A stretch of DNA of 63,830 nucleotides, filler included, from Lama guanicoe (GCA_013239625.1; 211 parts of 211 records of this genome joined end to end with filler, not necessarily neighbours in it); one strand, 5' to 3'. Positions 25,352 to 37,267 are shown, counted from the whole stretch's first letter. Program-made: numbers and translations. Notes: generated by a model not told the origin, from the sequence alone.

Positions 25352-26057
25352 NNNNNNNNNNNNNNNNNNNNNNNNNNNNNNNNNNNNNNNNNNNNTTAAT
25401 TAATTAANNNNNNNNNNNNNNNNNNNNNNNNNNNNNNNNNNNNNNNNNNNNTCTAATTCCTTCCTGCCTTGATTTAACTGAATTGGGCTCAGGGGACAGT
25501 AAGGGGAGATAAAAGACCCCAGGATTCACAGAAATAAATCGCATGCGGATAGTTCTGTGCTGTCGTGTGCTCTGTGAGGATATTACACGGTGAAAATGAT
25601 CTGAGCTGAGCTGAGTGTTAGTTTCAGGTGTCAGGGGATATTCCCTGAGATGGCNNNNNNNNNNNNNNNNNNNNNNNNNNNNNNNNNNNNNNNNNNNNTT
25701 AATTAATTAANNNNNNNNNNNNNNNNNNNNNNNNNNNNNNNNNNNNNNNNNNNNAAATTAGAATTCCTTTCCCCCATAATATCATAGGCTCCTTGAGGGT
25801 GGAAGAGACATAAACATTATGTGGACAGGACTTGCAAGGTCCTAAATATCTGTCTTCCGAAACTGAGGGCTCAGGCCCAGGCTTAACCAAGTCCTGCCTT
25901 CACACTGGGAGTGGAGTTTCATTGGTTTTCAAATTAAGCTTTTACACTTAGCTTAGTNNNNNNNNNNNNNNNNNNNNNNNNNNNNNNNNNNNNNNNNNNN
26001 NTTAATTAATTAANNNNNNNNNNNNNNNNNNNNNNNNNNNNNNNNNNNNNNNNNNNN

Positions 26058-26260
26058 TAACAAATTACCACAATCTTGCTGACTTAAAAAAGGAACAATA
26101 AAATATCTTACAACGCTGAAGGTTGAAAATAGGAAAAGGGACTCACTGGTCTGAAATGGTGATACAAAGGCTTCATTCCTCCAAGGGGTTCTAGGAAAAA
26201 ATCTGTCTCCTTGCCTTTTTCAGCTTCTGGGGTCAGCCTGCAATCCTTGGCCGCTGGCTT
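26058..26260 (-). mobile_element. MLT1 (ERVL-MaLR) LTR fragment
   Basis: TAACAAATTACCACAA...TTCTAGGAAAAAATCTGTCTCCTTGCCTTTTTCAGCTTCTGGGG...CAATCCTTGGC. Confidence 0.8.
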
Positions 26261-26663
26261 NNNNNNNNNNNNNNNNNNNNNNNNNNNNNNNNNNNNNNNN
26301 NNNNTTAATTAATTAANNNNNNNNNNNNNNNNNNNNNNNNNNNNNNNNNNNNNNNNNNNNCTACAGTGATGATATGTGTCTCATTGTGATAATGGAAATT
26401 CTGACTCAATTGAAAATTTTGACTATTTTCAGACGTTAAGGGAAGAGGAAGGTAAGGATAGTGGCGGTTTAAGACAGCTAAATCATTATCTATCATAAGA
26501 AAAGAGACAGATATGGCCTAAAATTAATAAATCAAAAAACAGCAGTTAATGGGGGTATTCTTTNNNNNNNNNNNNNNNNNNNNNNNNNNNNNNNNNNNNN
26601 NNNNNNNTTAATTAATTAANNNNNNNNNNNNNNNNNNNNNNNNNNNNNNNNNNNNNNNNNNNN

Positions 26664-26866
26664 GTCAGAAGTAGGGGGTGGGGGCGCAGGTGGGGGCGCG
26701 CGCGGGGCCCCGCGCGGATGGGACGCGGGGGGCGCGGGGGCAGCGCAGGTGCGGGCCGGGGGTGCCGCGGCGGGCCCTGCCCTTACCTGGGCGGCTCCGC
26801 ACTCCGAGGGCTGCGCTGGGGCCGGGCGCTGCTCCGCCGGCCGCCGGGCTGTTGTTTTCCTTTTTT
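26664..26866 (-). promoter_or_regulatory. CpG-island fragment with a consensus splice donor (probable first exon/intron boundary of an unidentified gene)
   Basis: Very GC- and CpG-rich; CCTTACCTGG at 26781-26790 reads CCAG|GTAAGG on the minus strand. Confidence 0.6.
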
Positions 26867-29390
26867 NNNNNNNNNNNNNNNNNNNNNNNNNNNNNNNNNN
26901 NNNNNNNNNNTTAATTAATTAANNNNNNNNNNNNNNNNNNNNNNNNNNNNNNNNNNNNNNNNNNNNTTGTCCCAGGCCCCATCCTCACCTCCCTGCAGAA
27001 GGAAACTCCAGCGGAGGAGGGAAGCACCCTCACGAGGGGCACGTTTCCAGCCCAATTTACAGGGCAAGTGCTGCTGGTTATTGCTTCTGACTTGATGTCG
27101 GCCCCTTTCTCCTCAAGGACGCTCTGTGGTGACACAGTAACTGCCCTGTTCCTCACAGGGTCCTAGAGTNNNNNNNNNNNNNNNNNNNNNNNNNNNNNNN
27201 NNNNNNNNNNNNNTTAATTAATTAANNNNNNNNNNNNNNNNNNNNNNNNNNNNNNNNNNNNNNNNNNNNCACTTTCCTAGAAGCAAACCATTTCATAGAT
27301 GCACAAAAGTAAGATAGAAGCGCTGGGCCAGGGAACCGGATGGCACTGGTGGAAAAGTAGTGGCCCTGTCTAGGGGTCCTGTCGGTCTTTTCATGGGGCT
27401 TCCCACTTCAGTTGGTTGGGAACTGACTGGGATACATAGCCTGGTGTTTACTGGGTAGCCCCAAAGGGAACCNNNNNNNNNNNNNNNNNNNNNNNNNNNN
27501 NNNNNNNNNNNNNNNNTTAATTAATTAANNNNNNNNNNNNNNNNNNNNNNNNNNNNNNNNNNNNNNNNNNNNCCCCTTGAATGAGTCAATAAATTCATTT
27601 GACATTCAGCTTTCTCATCTACATAGTGGAGATAGTAATACCAACCTGACAATATTCTTCATAGCAGCAAAACAATCTATCTAGTAAATATATACCCACA
27701 TAGATGGAGGTGCTTGTCTGTACCCAGAAAAGAGTTGGCACTATAGAGAAATTCAGTTAAAAGTTCCTAGGAGGGNNNNNNNNNNNNNNNNNNNNNNNNN
27801 NNNNNNNNNNNNNNNNNNNTTAATTAATTAANNNNNNNNNNNNNNNNNNNNNNNNNNNNNNNNNNNNNNNNNNNNTACCTAGAGAAGTTCCGTCCTGCAG
27901 TGGATGTGGTATACACAGGAGCACACCCCTGGGAGTTTCTGTGGGAGGGGCTCACTGTAGTCACAAGCCTGGGGCCTCTTTTCCCCTGCATCTGACTGTA
28001 GACCCTCCTGAAGAGGACTGACCAGCTGGTATTGGGCCCCTGCTGAGCCTCAAACTCGTAATAAAAATTGGCCTATTTNNNNNNNNNNNNNNNNNNNNNN
28101 NNNNNNNNNNNNNNNNNNNNNNTTAATTAATTAANNNNNNNNNNNNNNNNNNNNNNNNNNNNNNNNNNNNNNNNNNNNGAACTGGATGGTGCTGGCAGGA
28201 GAGTAGTGGCCCTGCCTGTGGGTCCTGATGGTCTCTTTTATGGGGCTTCCCACCTCAAAACTCAGAAAGAGAAAAGGCTACTTTAAGGTGACTTATTTTT
28301 GGCTAGGAAGAAAAGCGGAAAGGAGATGACAACAGTATAAATAAAGCAACTTGGGAATGATGTTGGAACTTTAGGATTTGTNNNNNNNNNNNNNNNNNNN
28401 NNNNNNNNNNNNNNNNNNNNNNNNNTTAATTAATTAANNNNNNNNNNNNNNNNNNNNNNNNNNNNNNNNNNNNNNNNNNNNCATTATATCTAAAGTGGCA
28501 TGAAAATTAAATTCAAATTAACATAAAAGAGCCTTTAAAATGGGAAAAATTTTTGCAATTTCCTATTAAGCAGGCTGTTTAATTCCAACGTGTAAAATGA
28601 TAAATTGAGACATTTCTTTCTGGCTTCCCACACTGCTTTTATCTGTATTCACTTTGGTGATTTTAATCTCTATCTTGGATTTGANNNNNNNNNNNNNNNN
28701 NNNNNNNNNNNNNNNNNNNNNNNNNNNNTTAATTAATTAANNNNNNNNNNNNNNNNNNNNNNNNNNNNNNNNNNNNNNNNNNNNTAGTAGGGCAGGAGGC
28801 TGTCTGGACACAAGTTTCATCAATTCATTACACTTTAGGGATATAGGAGGAAGGGAGCTCTGAGGAATCTGGGCTGAAATTTGACAAAGGGAGAACTGAA
28901 GACAAGAAATACAGGAATGCAAAAGAAAATATTCAAATCACACAGGAAATTGAGAACTCAGTGGGATTTGTTTATTTATTCAACAAGNNNNNNNNNNNNN
29001 NNNNNNNNNNNNNNNNNNNNNNNNNNNNNNNTTAATTAATTAANNNNNNNNNNNNNNNNNNNNNNNNNNNNNNNNNNNNNNNNNNNNAGGAATCCTGGGA
29101 GAAACGGAGAGAAGGGTTCTGTTCACTGTTAATGTGGCAGAGGTGGGTGAACCATACAGTGTTTCTCAAAATTGTTTGGTCAAGAAATCTTTTTTTCCAA
29201 GGATGACTTCAGAGTTGTGATAGTCCATGTGACACATTTCGGAACATCCTCTTTCAGCCTAGTTTTCTGACACTTGCCCTTGTACATTGTNNNNNNNNNN
29301 NNNNNNNNNNNNNNNNNNNNNNNNNNNNNNNNNNTTAATTAATTAANNNNNNNNNNNNNNNNNNNNNNNNNNNNNNNNNNNNNNNNNNNN

Positions 29391-29592
29391 TGTCAGTGCG
29401 TGGGGGAGCTCGAGAGACAATTCCACGCAGCTCTCTCCATTCACAGGTTTTCCCAGTTCGGGGAAGTCCGAGAAATACCTTGCCTGACCTTGGGGAGTCA
29501 GCCTCGGTCACTGGGATATTCTGCAAACCCCCTAGAATACCCGGGCACAGAGACATTAGGAAAACCCTCAGGGGAGACTAGCTTAGTCTTTC
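29391..29592. repeat. Member of an unidentified repeat/satellite family (homologous to 56356-56558)
   Basis: Colinear blocks CAGCTCTCT, GGGGAAGTCCGAGAAA, CACTGGG, CTCAGGGGAG and AGCTTA shared with 56356-56520. Confidence 0.75.
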
Positions 29593-29995
29593 NNNNNNNN
29601 NNNNNNNNNNNNNNNNNNNNNNNNNNNNNNNNNNNNTTAATTAATTAANNNNNNNNNNNNNNNNNNNNNNNNNNNNNNNNNNNNNNNNNNNNCAAAGCCC
29701 TTGTAAATTCTTAAAATCCATAGCTCTCTTAAAAGAAAAAAATAATTGTTTTAAAGGACTCATTTTCATTTGTATAAAAATTTATTCAACAAATACTTTA
29801 ATATTTTGATTTTTTTTAAGTCTCACGCAGACTTTCTCTTTCCCAATTACTCCGATCTAGATTGTAATTATGATTTGAATGTTGCTTGCTCTGAANNNNN
29901 NNNNNNNNNNNNNNNNNNNNNNNNNNNNNNNNNNNNNNNTTAATTAATTAANNNNNNNNNNNNNNNNNNNNNNNNNNNNNNNNNNNNNNNNNNNN

Positions 29996-30198
29996 GCCTT
30001 ATCTCACACCCTATTTAAGTCACATTTGTTTCCATTCAAGTACTATCTCTCTTTCCTACTTTATTTTTCTTCATAGCCTTTATCACCTTGAACACACTAC
30101 CTGTTTTACTTACTTGCTTGTTTATTGTCTCCCCCATGCCCCGTCAAATGGAAGAGATTTTGTTTGCTTGTGTGTCTCAAGAAGCTAAATCAGTGCAT
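29996..30198 (+). mobile_element. LINE-2 3' fragment
   Basis: CTTTATTTTTCTTCATAGCCTTTATCACC...TTTATTGTCTCCCCC. Confidence 0.7.
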
Positions 30199-30298
30199 NN
30201 NNNNNNNNNNNNNNNNNNNNNNNNNNNNNNNNNNNNNNNNNNTTAATTAATTAANNNNNNNNNNNNNNNNNNNNNNNNNNNNNNNNNNNNNNNNNNNN

Positions 30299-30501
30299 CG
30301 TCCTTCACCAGCTTGAATGGAACACAAAGTTCTTTTTCAGTTGCAAACACAGGGACATACATATATATGCCGAGGTACAATTTCCAACTCGGTTTTAAAG
30401 GGAAAACGGCAGGTACTTCAAACCAGTACTGGGAAATAGACTGAGAATCCCGAGTAAGTGTGTCTCCTGCATTCAGGTCCTTTTGTGCTGGATGAAAGAA
30501 C
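30299..30501. repeat. Satellite DNA partial monomer (~249-bp family), copy 1
   Basis: Shares TTTTCAGTT, CATACATATATAT, GAAAACRGCAGG and GACTGAGAA blocks with 38783-38984 and 47569-47771. Confidence 0.85.
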
Positions 30502-31207
30502 NNNNNNNNNNNNNNNNNNNNNNNNNNNNNNNNNNNNNNNNNNNNTTAATTAATTAANNNNNNNNNNNNNNNNNNNNNNNNNNNNNNNNNNNNNNNNNNN
30601 NGGTTTTTCTTGAGATCTAGGATTCTGCGATTTCAGGGAATCTCCCCCTAATCCGTCACAATGTTTGATTGAATCAATCACAGTGATAATAACCATGAGA
30701 GCCCATTGTGGGCTGGGGGGGTTGATGTACCTGTTTTTAATCCCCACAACCCACAAGGTAAGTATCATTATCTTCATTTTACAAAGAAGGAGCAGGAAGC
30801 CCAGNNNNNNNNNNNNNNNNNNNNNNNNNNNNNNNNNNNNNNNNNNNNTTAATTAATTAANNNNNNNNNNNNNNNNNNNNNNNNNNNNNNNNNNNNNNNN
30901 NNNNCTGCTCTCACGGGAGGACACACGATCCCAGCGGTCAGCTCCTCACAGAGCCCGACCCTGATACATGGCACATCCTAGGACTCTCATCGTAGAGATT
31001 GACGGACGGACGATCCGCAGTGGCAATGGAAGGACATGCCTGCTCCGTCCTCACGTAAAGAACCCACCGATGTGACATTTCCCTATGAGCTACTTCAAAC
31101 TGGCATTNNNNNNNNNNNNNNNNNNNNNNNNNNNNNNNNNNNNNNNNNNNNTTAATTAATTAANNNNNNNNNNNNNNNNNNNNNNNNNNNNNNNNNNNNN
31201 NNNNNNN

Positions 31208-31373
31208 AGAGGGCGTCTGTCTGCAAGCCAGAAAGAGAAGCTTCATCAGGAACCAACTCTTCTCAGATCTTGCCCTTGAACTTCCAGTCTCCTAAACTGT
31301 GAGGGAAAAACAATCTGGTGTTTAATCTGCCCTGTCCATAGTATTCTGTTACGGCAATCCATAAATTAATACA
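31208..31373 (+). mobile_element. MLT1 LTR 3' part (near-identical copy at 34238-34403)
   Basis: CTGCAAGCCAGAAAGAGAAG...CTTGAACTTCCAGTCTCCTAAACTGTGAG...TAATACA terminus. Confidence 0.85.
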
Positions 31374-31830
31374 ATGATGATAATAATAATGTCATAATGA
31401 ACATTTTATTNNNNNNNNNNNNNNNNNNNNNNNNNNNNNNNNNNNNNNNNNNNNTTAATTAATTAANNNNNNNNNNNNNNNNNNNNNNNNNNNNNNNNNN
31501 NNNNNNNNNNTTGTATGTTAAATAAATTACGCTTAAAATTCCCTTTGATGCAATGTACACTGTCCCCAAATTTGGCCAGGGGTATCCCCTCCAGGATAGT
31601 GCTGGAAACCCTTTATACATAATTGCCTTAGTCTCTGAGTATTTCCTTATTTTTTTATACCAAGTATCTCAGGCTGCTTTCGACCTTTCCTGACCAGATC
31701 TGGAACTGGTCACNNNNNNNNNNNNNNNNNNNNNNNNNNNNNNNNNNNNNNNNNNNNTTAATTAATTAANNNNNNNNNNNNNNNNNNNNNNNNNNNNNNN
31801 NNNNNNNNNNNNNTGTCCTCCAGTAGACTC

Positions 31831-31929
31831 CTTCTCCTTCTTTCCTTTTTAATGGAGGTAGTGGGGATTGAGCCCAGGACCTCCTGCATGCTAGGCTTGA
31901 GCTCTGCCACTGAGCTATACCCACCCCCC
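31831..31929 (-). mobile_element. tRNA-Ala-derived SINE, vic-1-like, full length
   Basis: AATGGAGGTAGTGGGGATTGAGCCCAGGACCTCCTGCATGCTAGGC...CACTGAGCTATACCC; imperfect TSD TCCAGTRGAYTC at 31819-31830 and 31932-31943. Confidence 0.9.
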
Positions 31930-32116
31930 TTTCCAGTGGATTCTATCCATCTTTGTAATCCCAGGGTTTCTCTGTCTTAGTACTAACTTACAAATAAGTA
32001 CAAACCATTGGAACAANNNNNNNNNNNNNNNNNNNNNNNNNNNNNNNNNNNNNNNNNNNNTTAATTAATTAANNNNNNNNNNNNNNNNNNNNNNNNNNNN
32101 NNNNNNNNNNNNNNNN

Positions 32117-32319
32117 ATATTGAATAAATAGTGATTGGGCTCCTAACATACACTGGGCATTATTACGACACTTGTTTACTTGTTCACATCAGACGATGAA
32201 ACAGACAAAGATCCTATTCCTCGTGGAACTTAATTTCTAGCTGGAAAGACATACAATAAGCCCAGTAAAAAGGTAAATTATACAGTATGTTGAAAAGCGC
32301 TAAGTGCTCTAGAGAGTAG
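32117..32319 (-). mobile_element. LINE-2 3' fragment (near-identical copy at 32420-32622)
   Basis: AACAGACAAAGATCCTATTCCTCGTGGAACTTAATTTCTAGCTGG...TAAGTGCTCTAGAG. Confidence 0.7.
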
Positions 32320-33025
32320 NNNNNNNNNNNNNNNNNNNNNNNNNNNNNNNNNNNNNNNNNNNNTTAATTAATTAANNNNNNNNNNNNNNNNNNNNNNNNN
32401 NNNNNNNNNNNNNNNNNNNATATTGAATAAATAGTGATTGGGCTCCTAACATACACTGGGCATTATTATGACACTTGTTTCCTTGTTCACATCAGACGAT
32501 GAAACAGACAAAGATCCTATCCCTCGTGGAACTTAATTTCTAGCTGGAGAGACGTACAATAAGCCCAGTAAATAGGTAAATTATACAGTATGTTGAAAAG
32601 CGCTAAGTGCTCTAGAGAGTAGNNNNNNNNNNNNNNNNNNNNNNNNNNNNNNNNNNNNNNNNNNNNTTAATTAATTAANNNNNNNNNNNNNNNNNNNNNN
32701 NNNNNNNNNNNNNNNNNNNNNNTGTAGATTCAAATGCAACTGTAAAAAATAACCCAGAGCTATCCTTTGTATATTTTGCACGGTTTCTGCCCGATGGTAA
32801 CATTTTGCAGAACAACAGCTGAATATCACAACCGGGATGAATCCACCATGCTCTGTGATTCCACGCTGCTCCTTGCGCTCGTGTGGATCAGCGTTCTCCT
32901 ATCACCTGTGCAGGTGCCTGGCTCTNNNNNNNNNNNNNNNNNNNNNNNNNNNNNNNNNNNNNNNNNNNNTTAATTAATTAANNNNNNNNNNNNNNNNNNN
33001 NNNNNNNNNNNNNNNNNNNNNNNNN

Positions 33026-33095
33026 TCTACCCAGGCAATAGAAATAAAAGCAAGAATAAACAAATGGGACCTAACTTAAACTTACAAGCTTCTGC
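33026..33095 (+). mobile_element. LINE-1 ORF2 fragment that ends abruptly
   Basis: GCAATAGAAATAAAAGCAAGAATAAACAAATGGGACCTAA...AAACTTACAAGCTTCTGC (INKWDL...SFC region). Confidence 0.85.
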
Positions 33096-33369
33096 TGTTG
33101 GGCTTTGAAGTGACCCAAGTGTGACTACATGGTCATCCTGATCACATGACTGTCCCACGCTAACTAGCTTTTATGGCCGGTGCGCCGAGTTTCATTATTT
33201 AAAACCACCAATAGAATTAGAAACAGAANNNNNNNNNNNNNNNNNNNNNNNNNNNNNNNNNNNNNNNNNNNNTTAATTAATTAANNNNNNNNNNNNNNNN
33301 NNNNNNNNNNNNNNNNNNNNNNNNNNNNCCAGACAAGTGACTGCAGAGAAGAGGCTATTATTCAGACTA

Positions 33370-33500
33370 CAACTATTTACTGAGTGCCTACTATATGCCT
33401 GGCACAGTTCTAGGATCGGAGGATACAGCAAGAAATAAACAAAACCCCTGCCCTCAGGAAGCTTATTCTCTAGAAGGGAAAATGAAGAAAAGCAATAAAC
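33370..33500 (-). mobile_element. LINE-2 3' end
   Basis: TATTTACTGAGTGCCTACTATATGCCTGGCACAGTTCTAGG...GGATACAGCA...CCCTGCCCTCAGGAAGCTTA. Confidence 0.85.
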
Positions 33501-34540
33501 AAATAACTGTATGACATATGCTAATTAATAANNNNNNNNNNNNNNNNNNNNNNNNNNNNNNNNNNNNNNNNNNNNTTAATTAATTAANNNNNNNNNNNNN
33601 NNNNNNNNNNNNNNNNNNNNNNNNNNNNNNNAAGTGATAAATGCCTTGAAGAAGCAACAGATGCAGTTCTAAAGAATAAGACTGGGAAATACTGCTTCTT
33701 ACTATTGAAATCAAAGAAGATATGATGGAGAAACAAGGATTTGATGAAGCCCCTCAGGTAAAATTAAGAAGTGGGTGAAATGGCATTCAAAGCCTTGCAC
33801 GGTAATGGTGCCCCATCCCTGTTCCCCATAGATTNNNNNNNNNNNNNNNNNNNNNNNNNNNNNNNNNNNNNNNNNNNNTTAATTAATTAANNNNNNNNNN
33901 NNNNNNNNNNNNNNNNNNNNNNNNNNNNNNNNNNTGAATTATTAAGTGCATTCACTAGGAAATACTAATACCCTTCTGAAACCTGTTTTCTCTAATCAGC
34001 AACACTTCATCTTCATAGAAACTCAAAATATAAGTGAAAACCAGAAAGCAAGTCAAGGACTTTGAAAAGGGTTAAAATTAAAGAAATAAAATGTCAGAAA
34101 GACTGGTCATAGTCTTACGAGGACTTTAGGTTACAAANNNNNNNNNNNNNNNNNNNNNNNNNNNNNNNNNNNNNNNNNNNNTTAATTAATTAANNNNNNN
34201 NNNNNNNNNNNNNNNNNNNNNNNNNNNNNNNNNNNNNAGAGGGCGTCTGTCTGCAAGCCAGAAAGAGAAGCTTCATCAGGAACCAATTCTTCTCAGATCT
34301 TGCCCTTGAACTTCCAGTCTCCTGAACTGTGAGGGAAAAACGATCTGGTGTTTAATCTGCCCTGTCCATAGTATTCTGTTATGGCAATCCGTAAATTAAT
34401 ACAATGATGATAATAATAATGTCATAATGAACATTTTATTNNNNNNNNNNNNNNNNNNNNNNNNNNNNNNNNNNNNNNNNNNNNTTAATTAATTAANNNN
34501 NNNNNNNNNNNNNNNNNNNNNNNNNNNNNNNNNNNNNNNN

Positions 34541-34743
34541 TACTTATCCGTTCACCAACCAAAGAAAATCTTGGTTGCTTCCAAGTTTTAACCATTTTGA
34601 ATGAAGTTACTATAAATCTCCGTGTGCAGGTTTTTGTGTGGATATAACTTTTCACCTCCTTTGGTTAAAGAGCAAGGAGAACAGTCGCTGAGTTGTATGG
34701 TCAGAGTATGTTTAGTTTTGTAAGAAAGAGCCAAACTCTGTCA
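34541..34743 (-). mobile_element. Old LINE-1 (L1MC-like) fragment
   Basis: ATCTTGGTTGCTTCCAAGTTTT...GTGTGCAGGTTTTTGTGTGGA...GAGTATGTTTAGTTTTGTAAGAAA. Confidence 0.85.
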
Positions 34744-35541
34744 NNNNNNNNNNNNNNNNNNNNNNNNNNNNNNNNNNNNNNNNNNNNTTAATTAATTAAN
34801 NNNNNNNNNNNNNNNNNNNNNNNNNNNNNNNNNNNNNNNNNNNGCCCTGCGGAAGAAATGAGAAAGAACACCATCTCCTCCTTGAGAAAGGCGAGGGGGA
34901 GGAGAGAGTCCCAGTAGGGTGGTTGGGAAAAGTCTTCCCGCGGAGTCAGGACTTCTGTGTGATGGGAAGGAGCCAGCCAGCCCAACATTCCAGGCAATGG
35001 GAGCCACAGGGGCAAAGGCCCCGGGGCAGAAGCATGCTCATAGCAGNNNNNNNNNNNNNNNNNNNNNNNNNNNNNNNNNNNNNNNNNNNNTTAATTAATT
35101 AANNNNNNNNNNNNNNNNNNNNNNNNNNNNNNNNNNNNNNNNNNNNCCATCACCAGTTACACGTGAGGCCAGAGACACGTGGGGACAGGGGCACTTGGCA
35201 GTTTAAGGACTTGGCTTTCCATTAGCAGATAACTCACTTAGGGACAATAAGAAAGAGAGGATTTTCTCTGTTTCCTTATTATCTATGGTTCCCCAGTAAG
35301 AAATTAGCAAGCCGTCATTTAAAACAGCCTCAATGCAACAAAGCGTTCCNNNNNNNNNNNNNNNNNNNNNNNNNNNNNNNNNNNNNNNNNNNNTTAATTA
35401 ATTAANNNNNNNNNNNNNNNNNNNNNNNNNNNNNNNNNNNNNNNNNNNNCTATCTAGCCACCCACCTATGTATGCTTATTTAAACACTTTCTAAACTACT
35501 GAATTTTCAAGCTTGAACCCAATCTTAAGGATAATCCAGCA

Positions 35542-35652
35542 CAGAGGCTGGTAAACCATGGCCCACGGGCCAGATGGGGCGCCAAACCTGTTTTTATAAA
35601 TAGAATTGTATTGGAACACAGCCACACCCAATTGTTTATGTCTTGGCTACAG
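35542..35652. mobile_element. MER58A-like hAT-Charlie element
   Basis: CAGAGGCTGGTAAACCATGGCCCACGGGCCAGAT...CCTGTTTTTATAAATA...ATTGGAACACAGCCACACCCA. Confidence 0.85.
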
Positions 35653-35771
35653 NNNNNNNNNNNNNNNNNNNNNNNNNNNNNNNNNNNNNNNNNNNNTTAA
35701 TTAATTAANNNNNNNNNNNNNNNNNNNNNNNNNNNNNNNNNNNNNNNNNNNNGCACACGGGGTGCGGACAA

Positions 35772-35941
35772 TCACATCATGCCACAGGAGCCTTCCCCGA
35801 TATACCAGAGTTTGCTGTACGGCGGCCCCAAGTAGCAGTCCTGCCCGCGGACCATGTCAGAGACAGTGTCCCGTCCGCCGGCATCACCGTCGCCTTCGCT
35901 GCCGCCGCCGCCACCACCGCAACCGCCGCTGCCGCCTCCAT
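35772..35941 (-). pseudogene. MAPK1: Degenerate MAPK1 (ERK2) exon-1-like sequence
   Basis: 35858-35772 reads DMVRGQDCYLGPPYSKLWYIGEGSCGMM* against ERK2 [29 protein letters not shown]; an upstream ATG at 35941 gives MEAAAAVAVVAAAAA in a shifted frame. Confidence 0.8.
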
Positions 35942-37267
35942 GGAAACCGACGCGGNNNNNNNNNNNNNNNNNNNNNNNNNNNNNNNNNNNNNNNNNNNNT
36001 TAATTAATTAANNNNNNNNNNNNNNNNNNNNNNNNNNNNNNNNNNNNNNNNNNNNTTTCATGGTAGGATCCATTTTTAGTTAAAAAATGACTTTTCCTGC
36101 CAAGGGAAAAATGCTCTATAAATTGCCATTGCCACGGCATAGCAGAGGACGCTGCTGGAGCTGGCCGGGGTGCTCCAGACAGACAGAAAGCTGCCAAGCC
36201 AAGCAGACAGACCACAGACACTCCTGACTGACCCAGCAGAGAAGGCACCTGCTTTGTGNNNNNNNNNNNNNNNNNNNNNNNNNNNNNNNNNNNNNNNNNN
36301 NNTTAATTAATTAANNNNNNNNNNNNNNNNNNNNNNNNNNNNNNNNNNNNNNNNNNNNAGAATCCTCTAACTGTGGGATAAAAGATTTTGGGGGGCTGAA
36401 AGGAACCTGTAAAAGCTAAAGGAAATAAAGCCAGAGAGTCGCTCATGCTTTAACACAGGCCATCTTTCAGCTTAGTATGAATTGTATCCTTCCTCATTTT
36501 AAGAACAAAAAAGAAAGACTAGAGGATATAGAATAGTAAGAGAAAGCACAATAAAAATACANNNNNNNNNNNNNNNNNNNNNNNNNNNNNNNNNNNNNNN
36601 NNNNNTTAATTAATTAANNNNNNNNNNNNNNNNNNNNNNNNNNNNNNNNNNNNNNNNNNNNCCCAAGAGGTGGTGATATGCTTGGGATCAGGTACTAGTC
36701 ATCTTTGCACAGATGCAAAAGATAGAGGAAAGCCTAGGTTCCTGGAGGGTAGGGACTCGATGATCAGTTTTCAGCCTTCTTCTGGGGGTTCTGCCTTTGA
36801 GGCGGCCAGTTCCCACCACTACCTTCCCCAGCAATGCACTCAATGCCTGGAGACATACGTGTGANNNNNNNNNNNNNNNNNNNNNNNNNNNNNNNNNNNN
36901 NNNNNNNNTTAATTAATTAANNNNNNNNNNNNNNNNNNNNNNNNNNNNNNNNNNNNNNNNNNNNAAAAATGCAAGTAAATAAAAATATATTTTCTGGTTC
37001 TGGAGATTTCAAAAGAGGTCCCGGTCATTGACCACTATCCAGGACTTATATTCAAATACTCACAGAAATTATTCTACTAAGCATTGCAAGCAAGTTTAAT
37101 CATGTGCTCCCTTCTATATGAGCAATAAATAGTTTGACAAGAATGTCCTTACCTGTCTACTTATTTTNNNNNNNNNNNNNNNNNNNNNNNNNNNNNNNNN
37201 NNNNNNNNNNNTTAATTAATTAANNNNNNNNNNNNNNNNNNNNNNNNNNNNNNNNNNNNNNNNNNNN

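Noticed and set aside
32117..32622. Local tandem duplication of a 203-bp unit
   Set aside because: The copies are separated by the artificial linker and show the same 49-bp flank signature as three non-adjacent pairs, so they are assembly bubble arms.
35762..35955. Arg/His/Cys-rich protamine-like ORF on the plus strand
   Set aside because: It is the antisense reading of the GCN poly-Ala tract; the minus strand explains the region as MAPK1-like.
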